This document shows positions 12,320 to 25,230 of a DNA stretch of 64,000 bases, in pieces. The stretch spans positions 3,655,826 to 3,719,825 of the forward strand of contig BDGG01000002.1 in assembly GCA_001949185.1 (NCBI GenBank), read 5' to 3'. Position 1 is the stretch's first letter; every line of letters starts with the position of its first letter. The DNA is from Ramazzottius varieornatus (lineage: Eukaryota; Animalia; Tardigrada). The notes beneath the pieces were generated by a model. The model worked only from the letters and a program-made list of their open reading frames with translations. It was not told the DNA's origin and searched no databases. The position numbers and the translations under genes were made by a program.

Positions 12320-13406
12320 GGTGAGCGGCTTCTCAGGTCCGACAATACTGCAAACTAAACCATGCCGAACATTTGGTTTGAGCAAGAAACGGAAGCAGTG
12401 TAGTCGTCTTGCTAGAGGCGGAGACTAGCAGCATGATTATATACTGTTTGCCCAGCAGCTGATAGAATCAATACCTGCTTGAGACGAACCGAAATCAAGC
12501 AACCTTTTGGCTTCTGAGTCCAGCAGTTCACACGTGGTTCGATCACCAGACTCTCTCGAAGAACGACACTAGTGACCGTGGAAAGATACTATATCAAGCG
12601 ATCGTTTCACGCACTCCTACGTCTTCCAAGCTAAAACGCCACCGGAGAGAATTTTCGGTTCAAAAAATTCACCTCAGCGCCGGGTGTCGGATGTTTAGTT
12701 CTCTTGACATTTTGACAAATAAAACATCCCCCCCACCATGTACTTAACCCACCGAAAAGGACTATCTTTCGATCTCACCAATACTTTTGACTGTCTTGAA
12801 GGTTTTGCTTCTCTAGTGAATTTGACGGTCCTATTTCCCCTTCCTCTATCTCGCTTCACACTCCACCCCAGCGGTGGTAAACACGTAGCCACTCGATAAA
12901 AGGCTTGGTACAAAGATGTGCGACTGACGATAGTTCTTTGAGAAAACGAAAACTGGGCACAAGGGGAACTAAACTAATAATCTTGGTATCGCACAGTAAC
13001 TGGAGGTTTCGAATAACGGAGGAAAGCATGTAACTACTACGGCACAGAACTAAAGGTCTATGTGGCAAAGTTTCTTGTTTACTGTTCACCGCTCATACGG
13101 CGCATATCCAAGCGCCACAGCATCTGCAAAACCAGAGCGATGTCCGGTTGACGCTTGCCTAGTTCGGCCTGAACCAAGCGGTTTAGTTTAAAGATGTCGT
13201 TCTCCTTCGCAAAAATGCGTTCGAAACGCTGGATTACGACGTCCATGTACTTCTTGGCGTCCCTGTACTTCCCTTGCTTCACGTACGCCGCAACAATGTC
13301 GTAGTAGACCAGGCTTGTTATGGGATCATACTTGTTCTTGTAGTGCCTAAAGAACGAAAAACGCCAGGTTGGTTCTTTAGATGGAAGGCCGGTAAACGAG
13401 CCGTAC

Positions 13407-13545
13407 AGAATCGTTTCTTCAAGTGGCGCCCGACATCATTGTTTCTGGCCAGAAGCGTGCGCCACTTAGAGCAACGAACTCAAGTGGCGTACACTTTCAG
13501 TCGAAAATAATTATGGAAATGAACGGCATTTGAAACAACGATCTT
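13407..13545. repeat. Hairpin family copy (tandem dimer), intron of SMYD-like B
   Basis: agaatcgtttcttcAAGTGGCGCC...GTGCGCCACTTagagcaacg, followed by a second unit caagtggcgtac...aaacaacgatctt. Confidence 0.75.
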
Positions 13546-14020
13546 GTAATTCCAGCAGAAACGATTTTGTACGGTTCGTTTTCCAGTCTTTCAAATAACT
13601 TATAACAGTGTCAGACAGCAAAAGCAACATCTGATTACTGGAAGCAAGATTTCACTTAATCAATGGACGGAATTATTTGCTTCAGCCAAGGGATGTACTC
13701 TGGCAGGCAACCAGGTCCGCTTTTTCTCAAGTAACGAGTGGCGTCCTGACAAACTAAACCCGACAAAAGGTTGGTCGGATGCAGGAGCTCGATCGCGCGT
13801 CGGATCTGTTCACGAACCACGTCATGTTCTGGGACAGCCGAGTTTCGTTGGCTCAGCCATTTGTCCAGCTCCGTAATGAGTGGCTTTGCGTCCTTCAGTT
13901 TTTGGCTGTTGTTCGTTCCGCAGGCTGGACAGGGAAGTCAAACGGAATAGCATGGTCACAGTTACAGCTGATGCATTTCAACGCGCATTGCTCGGCTTGC
14001 TGAACGCCTCCAAAACATTT

Positions 14021-14090
14021 GTTGTCTGAAAGTGGCGCACACTTTTATTCAGTATTAATGGAAACTCGCGCCACTTGAGACGACGATTCT
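14021..14090. repeat. Hairpin family copy in SMYD-like B
   Basis: gttgtctgaAAGTGGCGCAC...cGCGCCACTTgagacgacgattct. Confidence 0.75.
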
Positions 14091-14323
14091 AATGCCTCAC
14101 GTCCCAGTTACTGTAACGGGGTCTTCGATGCGACTGTACATTGGACGGCGGAACCGTCTGACCACCCCAGCCAGGAACCGCCAAGCGTGTGGTCCGGAAT
14201 CGTCGGTCTTGACGTACAGCTGCTTTGGATCGCATAGAGTCAAGATGTTGTCATAGAACTTGAGCATCAACTCCGGGCCATGCCAGAAGTTCCGCACTTC
14301 TAGGAGCTCCTTTCTCAGTGGTA

Positions 14324-14488
14324 CAGGGTACGACAAAATAAACCGTTAAAAATGGGTGTATGGAGCCAGATGGTCAAAGCCAATGAAATTTTCGCATACA
14401 GCAAAACCTAATTCTCATTGGCTGAGGGGTAAGTAAGCTCAGCTGGAGTCTTACGCCCATTTTTAACGGTTAATTTTGTCGTACACTA
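14324..14488. mobile_element. 165-bp Tc1/mariner-type MITE, copy 2, inserted in a coding exon
   Basis: Differs from 3963-4127 by only a few substitutions and has a TA TSD on both sides (14322-14323, 14489-14490). Removing it restores ...GDLLRL-PLRKE... Confidence 0.93.
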
Positions 14489-15999
14489 TAGGCGAAGAAG
14501 GTCACCCTGTCTATTTCCGACGTCAAGTTCTTTCTGAAAAACCACTGCTGTCTGATCGTGTCCAAACTTCTTTGCGCTCACCATACTACTTCCGAGGACG
14601 AAACAATATCTTCACTTACCGCGAGACGAGCGAGCGTAGCGACCAATAGTAGAGTAAACTCGCGCGAAGGTTCCGTGACCAAGATGCTCTTGTTGGACTG
14701 GAACAGTCTCTTGCATTTCAGCTTGTGTCGTTCCTTCCAGTCGACTGTCTGTACAACACACAAAAGAAACAGAAGCATGACACGCCAAGTCAGCAGTTGC
14801 TCGAATCGCCTTTTGGATACACTGTCACTTTTGATTCTACCGCTTCGAAGGTTCTTCCAGCAACTTGGGAAACTGGATTCAACGTACCTAGCATTCCTTG
14901 GAACAGTAGTGGGCATACTGACAGCCCGAGCATCGCTTGACTTTTCCCAGTTTCTCCTGATCCAAGCCGCACCGGTAGCAGAATTGGTGGACAACCTCTG
15001 GTGAAACCGTCCAGACGTAAGGGTGAAACTGACAGACAGTAGAGGCTTCTTTGAAGCGAACATCGAAGTTATCTTCTGGCGTCTTCTTCCCGGGAAACGC
15101 CGTCGTACTCGCATCAGCTACAGGCGTTGTTTCCATCTTGAGCAACCCCACGGATGTCTCACGGACGAATACCACCGGGATTTCTAACTTCAGCTGGCTT
15201 GGATGGAAGTCGCACGATCTTCCGGCAAACGGAAACCAGTACAAAGAATCAACAGGTTGAACTTAAACGTGTTCAAACAAGCAACATCGCCCGAGCTTTC
15301 GCTCCAGGGCCGGCGTAATCCCTGCGGGAGTAGTAGGGGCAAATTTTCCGGGAGCTGCCGTGTGCATCACGGTGCCAGCGGTGGATAACTGGACACCAGG
15401 TGGATTTATTCAGCGACCCTACACAGAATTCAGATTTACCTAAATCAGTTGATTTAGTTTAGGCTAATGCTATTTTACCCACGCTGGTGTCTATTTCCCC
15501 CCGCCCCCTGTCAATCGTTATTTCTTGAGAACCGAGTTTGAAAACCCGTGTTTGGAATTTGGGGATTGTGGAAACGTGGTTCCAAAGGTGCAGTGGACGG
15601 GTTAGCGATCGTTCCAGCGGACACGCCGGTGGCGGAATCTAACGGGCGGTGGCAGTGGTAGGTAGCGGTGATCGCGGTGAAAAAAGCGATTTCATGGTGG
15701 TGTACAAAGGCCCCGGTAGACGAATAAAACCCTTGCTCAGGACAAGATGGGTACAACGATAGCGCATGAAGATATCGATGGAACTCGTGAGTCCAGCTAA
15801 GACCATGAACCTGCTTGACGATACCATAATATTCCCGCATCCATCGAGAGCTCTTGCTGTAATTTGCTGATCAGGATTCAAGGTCGCAGCGGCGGGCACG
15901 ATCATCCACAGATTCAAAACTTGGCGCAAGGGGAGGGGAGGGGAGGGTACAAAACAGCCTATTTACCCAGGGATTCGTCAAACGCTGCTGTTACTGATG

Positions 16000-16330
16000 T
16001 GCCTCGGATCCGGCTTCACACAAAGCAAAACGGCGTTCGGGATGCCAGTACGCTCATTACTGCTCGAAAGAATGCCAGGTAGTCGTACCGAAAACGATAA
16101 CCAGAAAATACCGTGGTATTTTCTTGGCGCTTGTTACTCTTGTTCATCTTGTGGTATGGAGAATCTCCTGTCATGCTGATGTGACTGTAGATTGGCTTAT
16201 CATGAATCATGAGAACTCCTTGAAATTCGTTTTTTCTTTTTATGGAGAGATCGAGGGCGGAAATTTCAACAGCGACTTTCTGTGCTTGTCGGGCGAGATG
16301 GACTGTTCTCGTCTAATGCTGTACAATCCA
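16000..16330 (+). pseudogene. SMYD-like relic, copy C (inverted relative to A and B)
   Basis: 16022-16078 encodes KAKRRSGCQYAHYCSKECQ followed by a GT donor. ~16243-16290 encodes GEIEGGNFNSDFLCL, matching KEIEAGGGKDFLRL (A) and KELDVGNRQGDLLRL (B). Confidence 0.65.
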
Positions 16331-16593
16331 GCGCACAATTTCTCGCACAACCACTGCACAATCCGATTTTTGTGTCACTCAGACAAGAATGGTATACGTA
16401 GCTCGAAGTACCGCCGGAAGCGGCCACCGTAAGCTCTTACTTTTTCCGTTCTCCAGATGGCTTTAGTGGTCTCTGAAGGCCTGCACCTCGTATCAGATGT
16501 CGAAAGCGAGAAGACTGCCTCAGTCTGAATACCCGACTCTGCTATCTCGAGAAAGCCCATTCCCGTGCTATAACTTCGGCTGGGTTGTTTGCG

Positions 16594-18136
16594 ATGGCTG
16601 TTCCGAACGCCGACTCAGATATTCCTAAAGCTGGAGCTCCTCTCATCAATGGGCAGTCAACAGCACGAGAAGGACCGTTTGCAAGGTTTGGGGTCTGACT
16701 TCTTTACGCCGGTTGTTTCATCCTTCTCGCCAAGTACTGTAACTCACCTATCTATTCCGTAGTCCCTTGACGCTCTACAAAGGAGTGAGACTCATCAGGC
16801 GAAACTTGGAAGTGATGCCAGACCTCGAACGGTTTCAGGCCTTCCCTGACGATATCATCGTTGCCACATTTCCTAAATCAGGTGTGAAACATTAGGATTT
16901 TTTTCGAGTCTGTTTGGGCGTCAGGTGGGCCCACGACATCACTGCGAACTGCTTTAAAAAGCCTGCTGCGATGACGTCGTGCGCAACTACATGTTCTTAC
17001 TGTGCGTAGTTGTTCGTGGCTCTGTTCACCCCCTCTGGCGGTTTCGTCACCCACTTCTGTTGTGATGTGACTACCTTGCCAGAAGTACAGAGTTGTTCAG
17101 GGGATACTAATGAATAGAACTGTCAGTTCCAAATCCGGATGACTGACACACTACATCTTTTTTCTCGTTTACCAGGAACGACATGGATGCAAGCCATTGT
17201 CACTTTAATCGTCAACAATGGCAACCCTGAATGTCTTCATAACGGCCTGCTGGAAGACAAGTGGCCTTACTTGGAAAGTGGGAAGAGGAACCAGACAGGA
17301 AGACATCTGGACAGTGCTCTCACCATGCCACGCCCAAGAACTCTCAAGACCCACTTGCCCTGGCAAGCTCTGCCAGAAAGTGCACACAGCGCCAAGACGA
17401 GGGTACGGTTATGCACAGGTTCGCCTGGACATACTGAACCTACAGTAGTTTTCTGTAGGTGATTTATGTCGCAAGGAACCCGAAGGACACGTTGGTGTCC
17501 ATGTATTTCTTCGTGAAGGCCCACCGCGTCTTGGATTTCCGCGGCGACCTGGACGACTTCGTCAAACTCTTCGTCAAAGACGACTGTGTATACTGTCCGT
17601 ACTTCGATAACGTGGCGGGATATTGGAAAAGAAGGAGCGAACCCAATGTATTTTTCACCACATACGAGAAACTTCAAACGGTACGTGCCGACATCTCCCT
17701 TGTCTTGCTAAACACAGTCTCTCGACTGTTTTTTTTTGCTGCAGGATCCGGTGGTGGAAGTAAAAAAGGTGGCGATTTTTCTGCAACGGCCGATCTCCCA
17801 GGAAGAGGCTACAATGATTGCTCGCTACACCACCTTCGACAGCATGAAAGATAACGACTTCGTCAATTATTCTCACACGCATCGCAATGGCATTATCGAC
17901 TTCAACATCGCTCCCTTCTTCCGCTCAGGTACTGCATGACTTGTACAAACAGAGCTTCCCTTGAGACGGAAGGTGCGCCCTACTGTAGATGCGTCATGGA
18001 GATTTCTTTCACTGTAGGCAAAATCGGAACTTGGAAGAGGAACATCACCGTCGAACAGAACGAGATCATCGACAAATGGATCGCTGAAAATATGGCGCGA
18101 GAAGACCTGCAAGGACTTGAATTTCAGTACCGTTAG
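16594..18136 (+). CDS. Cytosolic sulfotransferase (SULT1-like), multi-exon
   Basis: 5'-PSB motif DDIIVATFPKSG|TTWMQ, then RTLKTHLP, 3'-PB motif IYVARNPKDTLVS, and C-terminal FFRSG|KIGTWKRN (an RKGxxGxWK variant). GT-AG introns. Confidence 0.93.
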
Positions 18137-19360
18137 ACGATATTTGTGAACAGTAAAAGTCGGTAAGAATTTTCCTATGAGTACCAATTTGAGAATTTAG
18201 TGTGTAATTTTTCGGGATTTTTGCCGCACATGATAATGAGTCAACCATTCGATAAGAGGTTTAGCTAACTTAGAGTCTGCACGCAGACTGTCCTCGAATC
18301 TCTCCTCGGTGCTCACGCCAAAGCACGTCAAAATGGCAACAAAGTGCGTCGACGGACAGAAATAAAAATCGATCGTTCTCATCATAATGTCATTCGATTA
18401 CGGCGTACTGAGTACGTCGGTACATTCCAGCTTGGCATGTTTCCACTTGACGTTCGTCATCTCGGCTTTCTGCTCACTTTTCTTCATATTCCCGCTGCAC
18501 AGAAAAACACGATCTTTCATCCGCTATGACTCAGTCCATAAATCAAATATCCGCATTTCATCAGGAACAGATTTCTGTAGCGAAAACTGACAGCGTTATG
18601 CGACGGTCCGTGGAAGTGGCAGTGCGTCAGTGGGTGGGGTGTCCAGCGGAAGAATCCTTCAAGGTCCCGCAAAATCTCGGTAAAATTACCCGTCGTACCG
18701 CGCGCATCCATCGGGGAACCTCTTCTCACGTGGATCCGCGCAGGTATTCACGTTGCTGCCCGGCCGCGTGCGCCTGTTCATCGGGGAAACCAAATCAAGA
18801 GTTGTATGTCGTCAACATGATGAATTTACTTTTTTCGGGTAAACAAATCTTCGCAACTGTGGGTAGGATGATGTTAATTGATAGGGTATCGAGAAGCTGG
18901 CTCGTAAGCCACATCAGCAAGATATGAAGGAGGACAGAAGAAAGGTGGGAAAGAACCGAAATTAAAACAACGTTTTCGTCTATATACAAAAAAAGATGAA
19001 ACGCGGCGAGTTTTCTCCCGCTTGCCAACTCAAATGAAACGACCATGGCTACCTTTCTTCAGCAAGTAAAAGTTTTTATCACTTCACGACAAGAATAAAA
19101 TTGCACTTTCAGCCAGCAACTTGGGACAAAAAGTACGAGAAGTACAGTGTATATCAATCAACGGACAAAGCCAACCATTCATCAAAGAAAACAGAGCCGC
19201 AGGAGAGAATACAAGAGGCAAAACACATTTGACACTTCTTCCGTCTTTTGCGTTACAGGAAAACCTTCCTTATGTTTGTCAGAGAAGACCTCGTTCTTCA
19301 CCTGGAAATCTCCGATGAAGTCACTTCTCCAAACTTCAGTCTTCCGTCGGTTGCCAATTC

Positions 19361-20606
19361 TTATAACTTCTCCACTTTCTTTCCATTGACCACCGGATTG
19401 TTCTGTCTTATCTGCTCAGCCGCCATCGTTTTGTAATCGAAATCACAATTATGGATATCGGAATAACGATGGACGGCGCAGAACAGTTTCCCGCATCGGC
19501 ATTCGAAACCTGAAAGAAAAGACAAAAAAAACATTCAAAGTACATTCTCGAACAAAATTCCTTTTGTACGGATTATGAACCTGTTAATCCCACTCTCTTG
19601 TTGCAGGAGGCTAGTTCGCATCGATTCCTCTTGCCAGCACTACTCATAGGCGAGTTGGGATCGCTAAAGCTGCCCGGTAGACTGGAGCAGGAAGGGGAGC
19701 TTGAAAGAAGGTCGGAGTCAGCACTGGCTAAGCTCAAATCGCTGGCTGGTTTGGCCTGTAAACATAGGAAAACACTTGAATCAGCATACCTTACATTCAG
19801 AGCACTGATATTCAGAGTATATCTTCAAGTTCAAAACCTTCAACCCAAGCAAAACACACAGCCAGTACACTAATAAACCACAAATATACCGCGAGGCATG
19901 TACCTACAAACACGCAAACGGATTGAAATCAAGCAGTTCTGTACGCAGGTGTATGAGGGCAACCAACAAACCGCATCCAGTGAAGCAACATGAACCTGCA
20001 TACAAACCACATGACACCACCTCGAAAATGCGGTGTGCAGGTGCATGTTGCGCATACATACAGGATTTCAATCAAGCCTAATTCAAACAAATGAATACGT
20101 CACGTTAGTTCAAATTCGAGCCGGCCAAACGACCGATCAAGCGTTGCCACTGACGTTGAACCAGTAAAGACTACTGCGTCAACGTGCTTGCTGTCGTAAA
20201 TACGAGTTGCATAACCTTCCTCACTTCTTCAGAAAGCAAGAAGAAACAAAAGGTAGGAACATACCATACGAGCAGATGAGGGAACAGGCATACTGGCCGA
20301 TATCATGTTGGACATATGTGAGTGTAGATGGGAGACGGGAGCGGCTGGCGAAGGGGAAGGTGAGACAGAGAGATCCATGTAGTTGTTGCGATTGTCGTTC
20401 CTTCCTCCACCGATACTCATAGGACTGCTGGCTGTAATGTTGACCGTCGGTGTGGAAGAAGCTACAGAGGTTGGAGCGACCATCTTGCGAGCCAGGGCAT
20501 CCTTGTAGCACTTTGAGCACATGCCATCCATGGCTGAACTACCCCAAAAGCCACAGCCTCCACGGCACAGTTGCGGTGACGCTTGATTGTTTGATTGTTG
20601 ATCCAT
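19361..20606 (-). CDS. A20/AN1 zinc-finger protein (ZFAND5/6-like)
   Basis: N-terminal A20 finger LCRGGCGFWGSSAMDGMCSKCYK. C-terminal AN1 finger NRCELASCNKRVGLT|GFECRCGKLFCAVHRYSDIHNCDFDYK...NNPVVNGKKVEKL* with the stop at 19361. Confidence 0.93.
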
Positions 20607-23600
20607 GCTCTGATCCTTCTGGGTTCAGCAGCTTGCACTCCTTCCGTTCACCCTCCTCCGTTCGATCGTGTGTAGTTTTTGGTCAGCCTCACGTTTTCCA
20701 CCTGTCAAGGTACACAAAGAGAGATGAGAGGAATTACTACAGAGAATAACCCATGATCAGACCAGCTTTCGCAACTCACGTTCGACTCAGAGTCTGACAC
20801 ACAAACTGGTTTTGAATTCGCACACAATGGCCCTCCACTCTGACTCAGGATTCTCAGGCAACAACAAACCATCAACTCCAATCTCCTTGAAATTCTTCTC
20901 CCATTCATCAACGTGCAGAAAGCAATCTGGATTCTGGACTAAGAATTTACCCACTAGAACGACAAGAGGATGCTTACTGTACGGAGCCTTCGCGAACTGA
21001 ATTGGAACGAGCGAGGCAGATCGGGCGCTTGTTGCGTCATGACCAAACGCCCGCCTCCTATACTGCGCAGGCTAATAACAGATGTGAGTACCTGCCTCCC
21101 TCGCTTTGCATTGGTTATGATATTTTGGACCAGCCTCTTCAGTTTAGTCAGACAGACTGACAAACGTTTGGCACTGGTCTCCGGAATGTCCGAAGAACCA
21201 AAACGCTTCCTGCAAGAACAACCGCCGAGCTCCCACGAACCGCTTCCACGCGCCGAGAACACTTCCTCGAAGGTTTGCACGGACCTGTAAGGAAAGCTAA
21301 ACAGTTTGTTCCATCAGCTGGTCGATCGCGCTGGCTGATTCAGCTTCGTGTTGGCACGAATAAACAAACAAGTTTCTGTAAAGTTTACGACGCCAGGCAG
21401 AAACGCAGCACCTGATTATGAGCATGATCGGGTTGAATATACCTCATGGTCAGCAGCGCCAGCGTCAACGCACCTCGCCTGCCAAGCACGACATCCATTA
21501 CAGCGTGCTGACCACTTCAGCACGAACGCCTGCTTGCAGTGCTCACCAAGCTAAAAGTGGAACGTCCGCATCACAAGATGATAAGACGGAAGGAAGGAAA
21601 AGCCATGATAAGGCGGTCCAATCTACACAAGTATACAATTTACAAACCAGATCAATAGACTTGATATCATGTGCGACATGTACAAGGAAGGAAATGCAGA
21701 CAGCAGCTTCCAAACTCGTTTCGAATCCTCATGCTGTACTTCGACTCAATCATGCAAACAGACCAGCTTTCCTTGTACCTTAGAGTCTCGAGTGATCACT
21801 TCGTGGACGAGTACTGTACCTCGAGAACAAAGCCGAAATCTGCAATTCAGACTTCCGGGTACTCAGACAAAAATGATGACGATTCCAAGGATCGATGCGC
21901 CGGCCTTCCAAAATTTCTCCGTTCCGTAGTCGTATGATCATTGATCAAAGTGCAAACTAATGCGTCATCCAGCACCACCAAAAATCGATCGTGAGACCGT
22001 GTTACGTCATGGAAGCGGCTTTCCACCTACCCGGAAGTGCTTCATGCCGTAGGAGTAGGACAAGGGCGAAACTGCTGAATAACATTCTAGCCTCAATTAA
22101 TCTTTTCTTCCCCAAAAAGATCACAGAATCCCCTTTCCTTCTATCTTTCTCTTCATAACCCCTCGATCCGTGTACGAGTAATGAGCTCAGTGGAACTTGG
22201 ACAGGAACGGAAGATGTTCTCTTAATCTGAGCATAGTTGGAGTTTCACAAGAAATCTAGAACCCCCTTCCGCCTAAAGACTCAGCTCCCCCAACAGGATC
22301 CATAAACTGCTCGAAGCCCCTCTCACCTGGAACAGAACAACAGGAAGCAGCCTTGAGACGAGGCCTTGATCAGATCAAAAAGAACACTTGAACCACTACA
22401 TCCCGTTGGAAAAATCCCAGCTTCCTGTGAATCTTTCCAATCCTGAGCCAGTCGGGAGGGTTAGCACGGAAAATTGCGGTTTTATTCCCGATTCTTACCA
22501 GAAATTGATTAATCCTCCACTCAGGACTGTTCCAAGAAGATTTCGAAGCGACAACAGCAATTCCGTGATCGTACTCCACTTGGACGATTAACTCTATTCC
22601 AGATGGAGTATTCAGTCCTTCAAAGTATGCCACACAGTATCGCAGAAACTGAAATGAGAAACAGCAGAATGATTACAACGGGTTTGCAGGGAGTTCAGAT
22701 GTGCATCAGAAATAATACGAGGACGGAACGAACGATGACAGCTTCAGATACTGAGCGTTCGCCAACGTGACTCGAACTGGCGACGTCAGCCTAGACCTAC
22801 TTTCTGGATAATTTTATCACGGCGGAATTTTCGCGGAAACACACACACATACCCCCGATCACAAGTTCAAAGTTGGTTACGTATTCCAAAAACCTCGCTT
22901 CACATCACATGCTCCAATGCTCGTTGCAGTAACACAGATACACAGTAGCTAAACCTATCTTCTTGACAAGTTCGATCACGCTCTTCAAGCGAAAACTTTT
23001 TTGGTGTAAGTCTCTTCTTGAAATTCTTGCATGACTGGCAATGTGGCAATTCGTACAACACTACGTCATCATCTAGGCACCACCTCCTGAATAACTTTGG
23101 CCAACGGCAGATAGTTGTACTGGTCAAGCCTGGAGGTGGCGCAGTGGTCGACTTGAACTTTCGGCCGACATATTCTGATTCGGAAACCGTTTCCCAGGTT
23201 CGTATACGGGTCAACCTTGGCACTCCCGTATTCTTTTGCATGTCACCTTTATCGATGTGGAAAATCCTGTGGATTACTTTGCACGACATTGCGGTTGCGT
23301 AACGGAAGTAGAGTGTTGCCAACAATAACAGAGATATCGTATCAACTTACCGTGTCAGTACTGATTACGCCACTGACATAGACAAAGAAATGTTGAAGTT
23401 TATTTTCTTATGCAAATCACTTCCGACACTCTAGTTTCTGCCTTCCAATATACAACTATTCGAAATGAGAGATGTCACGATCCACAGGTAGGCAAGAATG
23501 CCAAGCAAAGATTTGATCAGAGTTTAGCTGGGTCTCTAAGGTCCACGCGAGGATCTTATTTGAGTGTCCAGATAGACTTTCAACGGATACAAATTTTGGC

Positions 23601-24212
23601 GAACAAATCAACCGAGGAGCCACGTCCGTCTATCACGTTAACTATGAAGGGATAAAATCCAGCCCGAAGGAGTACGCTGGTGTGGATATCCGCATGTTTC
23701 CCACCTCGCGATCGCACGGTGAATCTTCTGTAACGGAATATCACTTGATGGCATAACTGTTCTCCTAGTTCGGTACTGCAGTATGAAAACATAAGTTTCC
23801 ATGATGTGGGAAAGGTGTTTCGTACGTGTCGAGAGACTGGAAGCGGTACGGTTCCTTTCCTCCGGATGCCTCCACCGCACCAACACGCCGTCCCGTGCGT
23901 ACCGTACCGCTTTTGCCTGCAGTTACCTCTTGGCACCTCAGATTCAGAATATTGTTCGACGGGGGAGGACGCACTGGTGCTAGAGTTCCCAACTGCCGCA
24001 AAGTCAGGATCGAAGTGAAAGGATGTAACAGCAACGCGCGAACTTGTCGTGGCTTGGCTGGGAAGCTGGCTCTTGCAGACACGTTTGCGAACTCCAATGG
24101 CTCCAGGAGTCGGGCTTCGGAAGTACTTTCCGGTTCCGCTATCCGAGAGCTGAATCAGTTGACCACTTGATCGGTGTGTTTCAAAATACAGAGAAAAGGA
24201 AGTTTGTGTTAC

Positions 24213-24563
24213 CCGCAATCCGTGTAGGTTATGATGAGTGCGCAGGACGAACCGTGTCCTTCCGGGTCCACAGCCTCGACAGACAAAACGGACCTCTCGC
24301 CCGCGGAAAATGGTCTGTCAAAGAAAGCTGTACGAGTGTCCAATCTGTTCCATCAACAGAAAGTCTGGCAATAGTCACCTTCTTGAACTGATCACGCCTG
24401 TACCAGTATCGATAGAATAATCCATTGCAGCGCTACTGCTGGCGACCAGCTGGTATGCCACTTGATCTCCATCAGAATCCGTGGCTGTCATTCGGCCAGA
24501 GAACTTGGGCGCGCAAACAGAACGTTCGTCGGTCGATGTGGAAAACCGCGGCGGAGCGGATCC
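24213..24563 (-). CDS. Two exons (24563-24379, 24314-24213) encoding a cadherin-like repeat; gene extent and intactness unresolved
   Basis: Spliced translation APPRFS...MTATDSDGDQVAYQL...YSIDTGTGVISSR|RPFSAGERSVLSVEAVDPEGHGSSCALIITYTDC resembles the cadherin AxDxD / FxIdxxTGxI / LxVxAxD pattern. The 64-nt GT-AG intron is phase-consistent. Confidence 0.55.
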
Positions 24564-25230
24564 CTACGAAGAACCAAAGTAAAGATTAAACACATGGCAG
24601 ACTTTACGAAATCGAAGACTGTAATCGTACCGTAGAACCCAACCTCAACGTCGCGAACCATACATAAGCGATCAGATTCAGTTTCACAAAATGCAGGATG
24701 GTGCAGAACGTGGTCATCTTTTCAACCACGTCAGCAGCTCGCAACTGGGAAGTTGAAGTGATACCTAAGTGACGGGGTAAACTCTTGTGAGATGCGAGAT
24801 ATTCGGTCCGTACACCCTACAGGTCGACGCAGTCTATCGGACAGCTCACGTTCTTTGTACACCACATCAAAATTGTGCAAGACGAACCGTTCTAGTCTCA
24901 TAAAAATTCAAAGAAGAACCGCCGCAAGAAACAGACGCGGACTTTGTCCGGTCGAACAGACAGGCTACTAGTCGGCAAATACATCTTACGAGGATCGTAC
25001 TGTCGCATCATTTTGTACGGAAAAGAATTGTCTGTATTTCGGCGATGTTTCATCAGTCAACGATGCAAATGTAAAATTTTTGTACAGAAAGGTAAAAGGG
25101 GAAAATCAAAACAAAACTGGTTTGACCAAAGTTAAATAAAAAACCAAGGTTTTGCCTAAACCCGAAAAGTATAAACATGTGTATGGTGAAACTGTAAGAT
25201 AATATAGTACGTAGAACTAGAATGCGACAG

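Larger units (their letters stand above)
13079..15138 (-). pseudogene. SET-MYND (SMYD-like) pseudogene, copy B
   Basis: FCYRCG...KRCSGCQYAHYCSKEC* with TAG in place of CAG at the exon end (14888-14890), then |TVDWKERHKLKC. A MITE interrupts the exon at 14324-14488 and there is a frameshift near 13900. TPR-like C-terminal exons read ELLHPTN and YDPITSLVYYDIVAAYVKQGKYRDAKKY. Confidence 0.75.

Noticed and set aside
20705-21290. ORFs upstream of the A20/AN1 start
   Set aside because: More consistent with 5' UTR exons or intron; no domain evidence.
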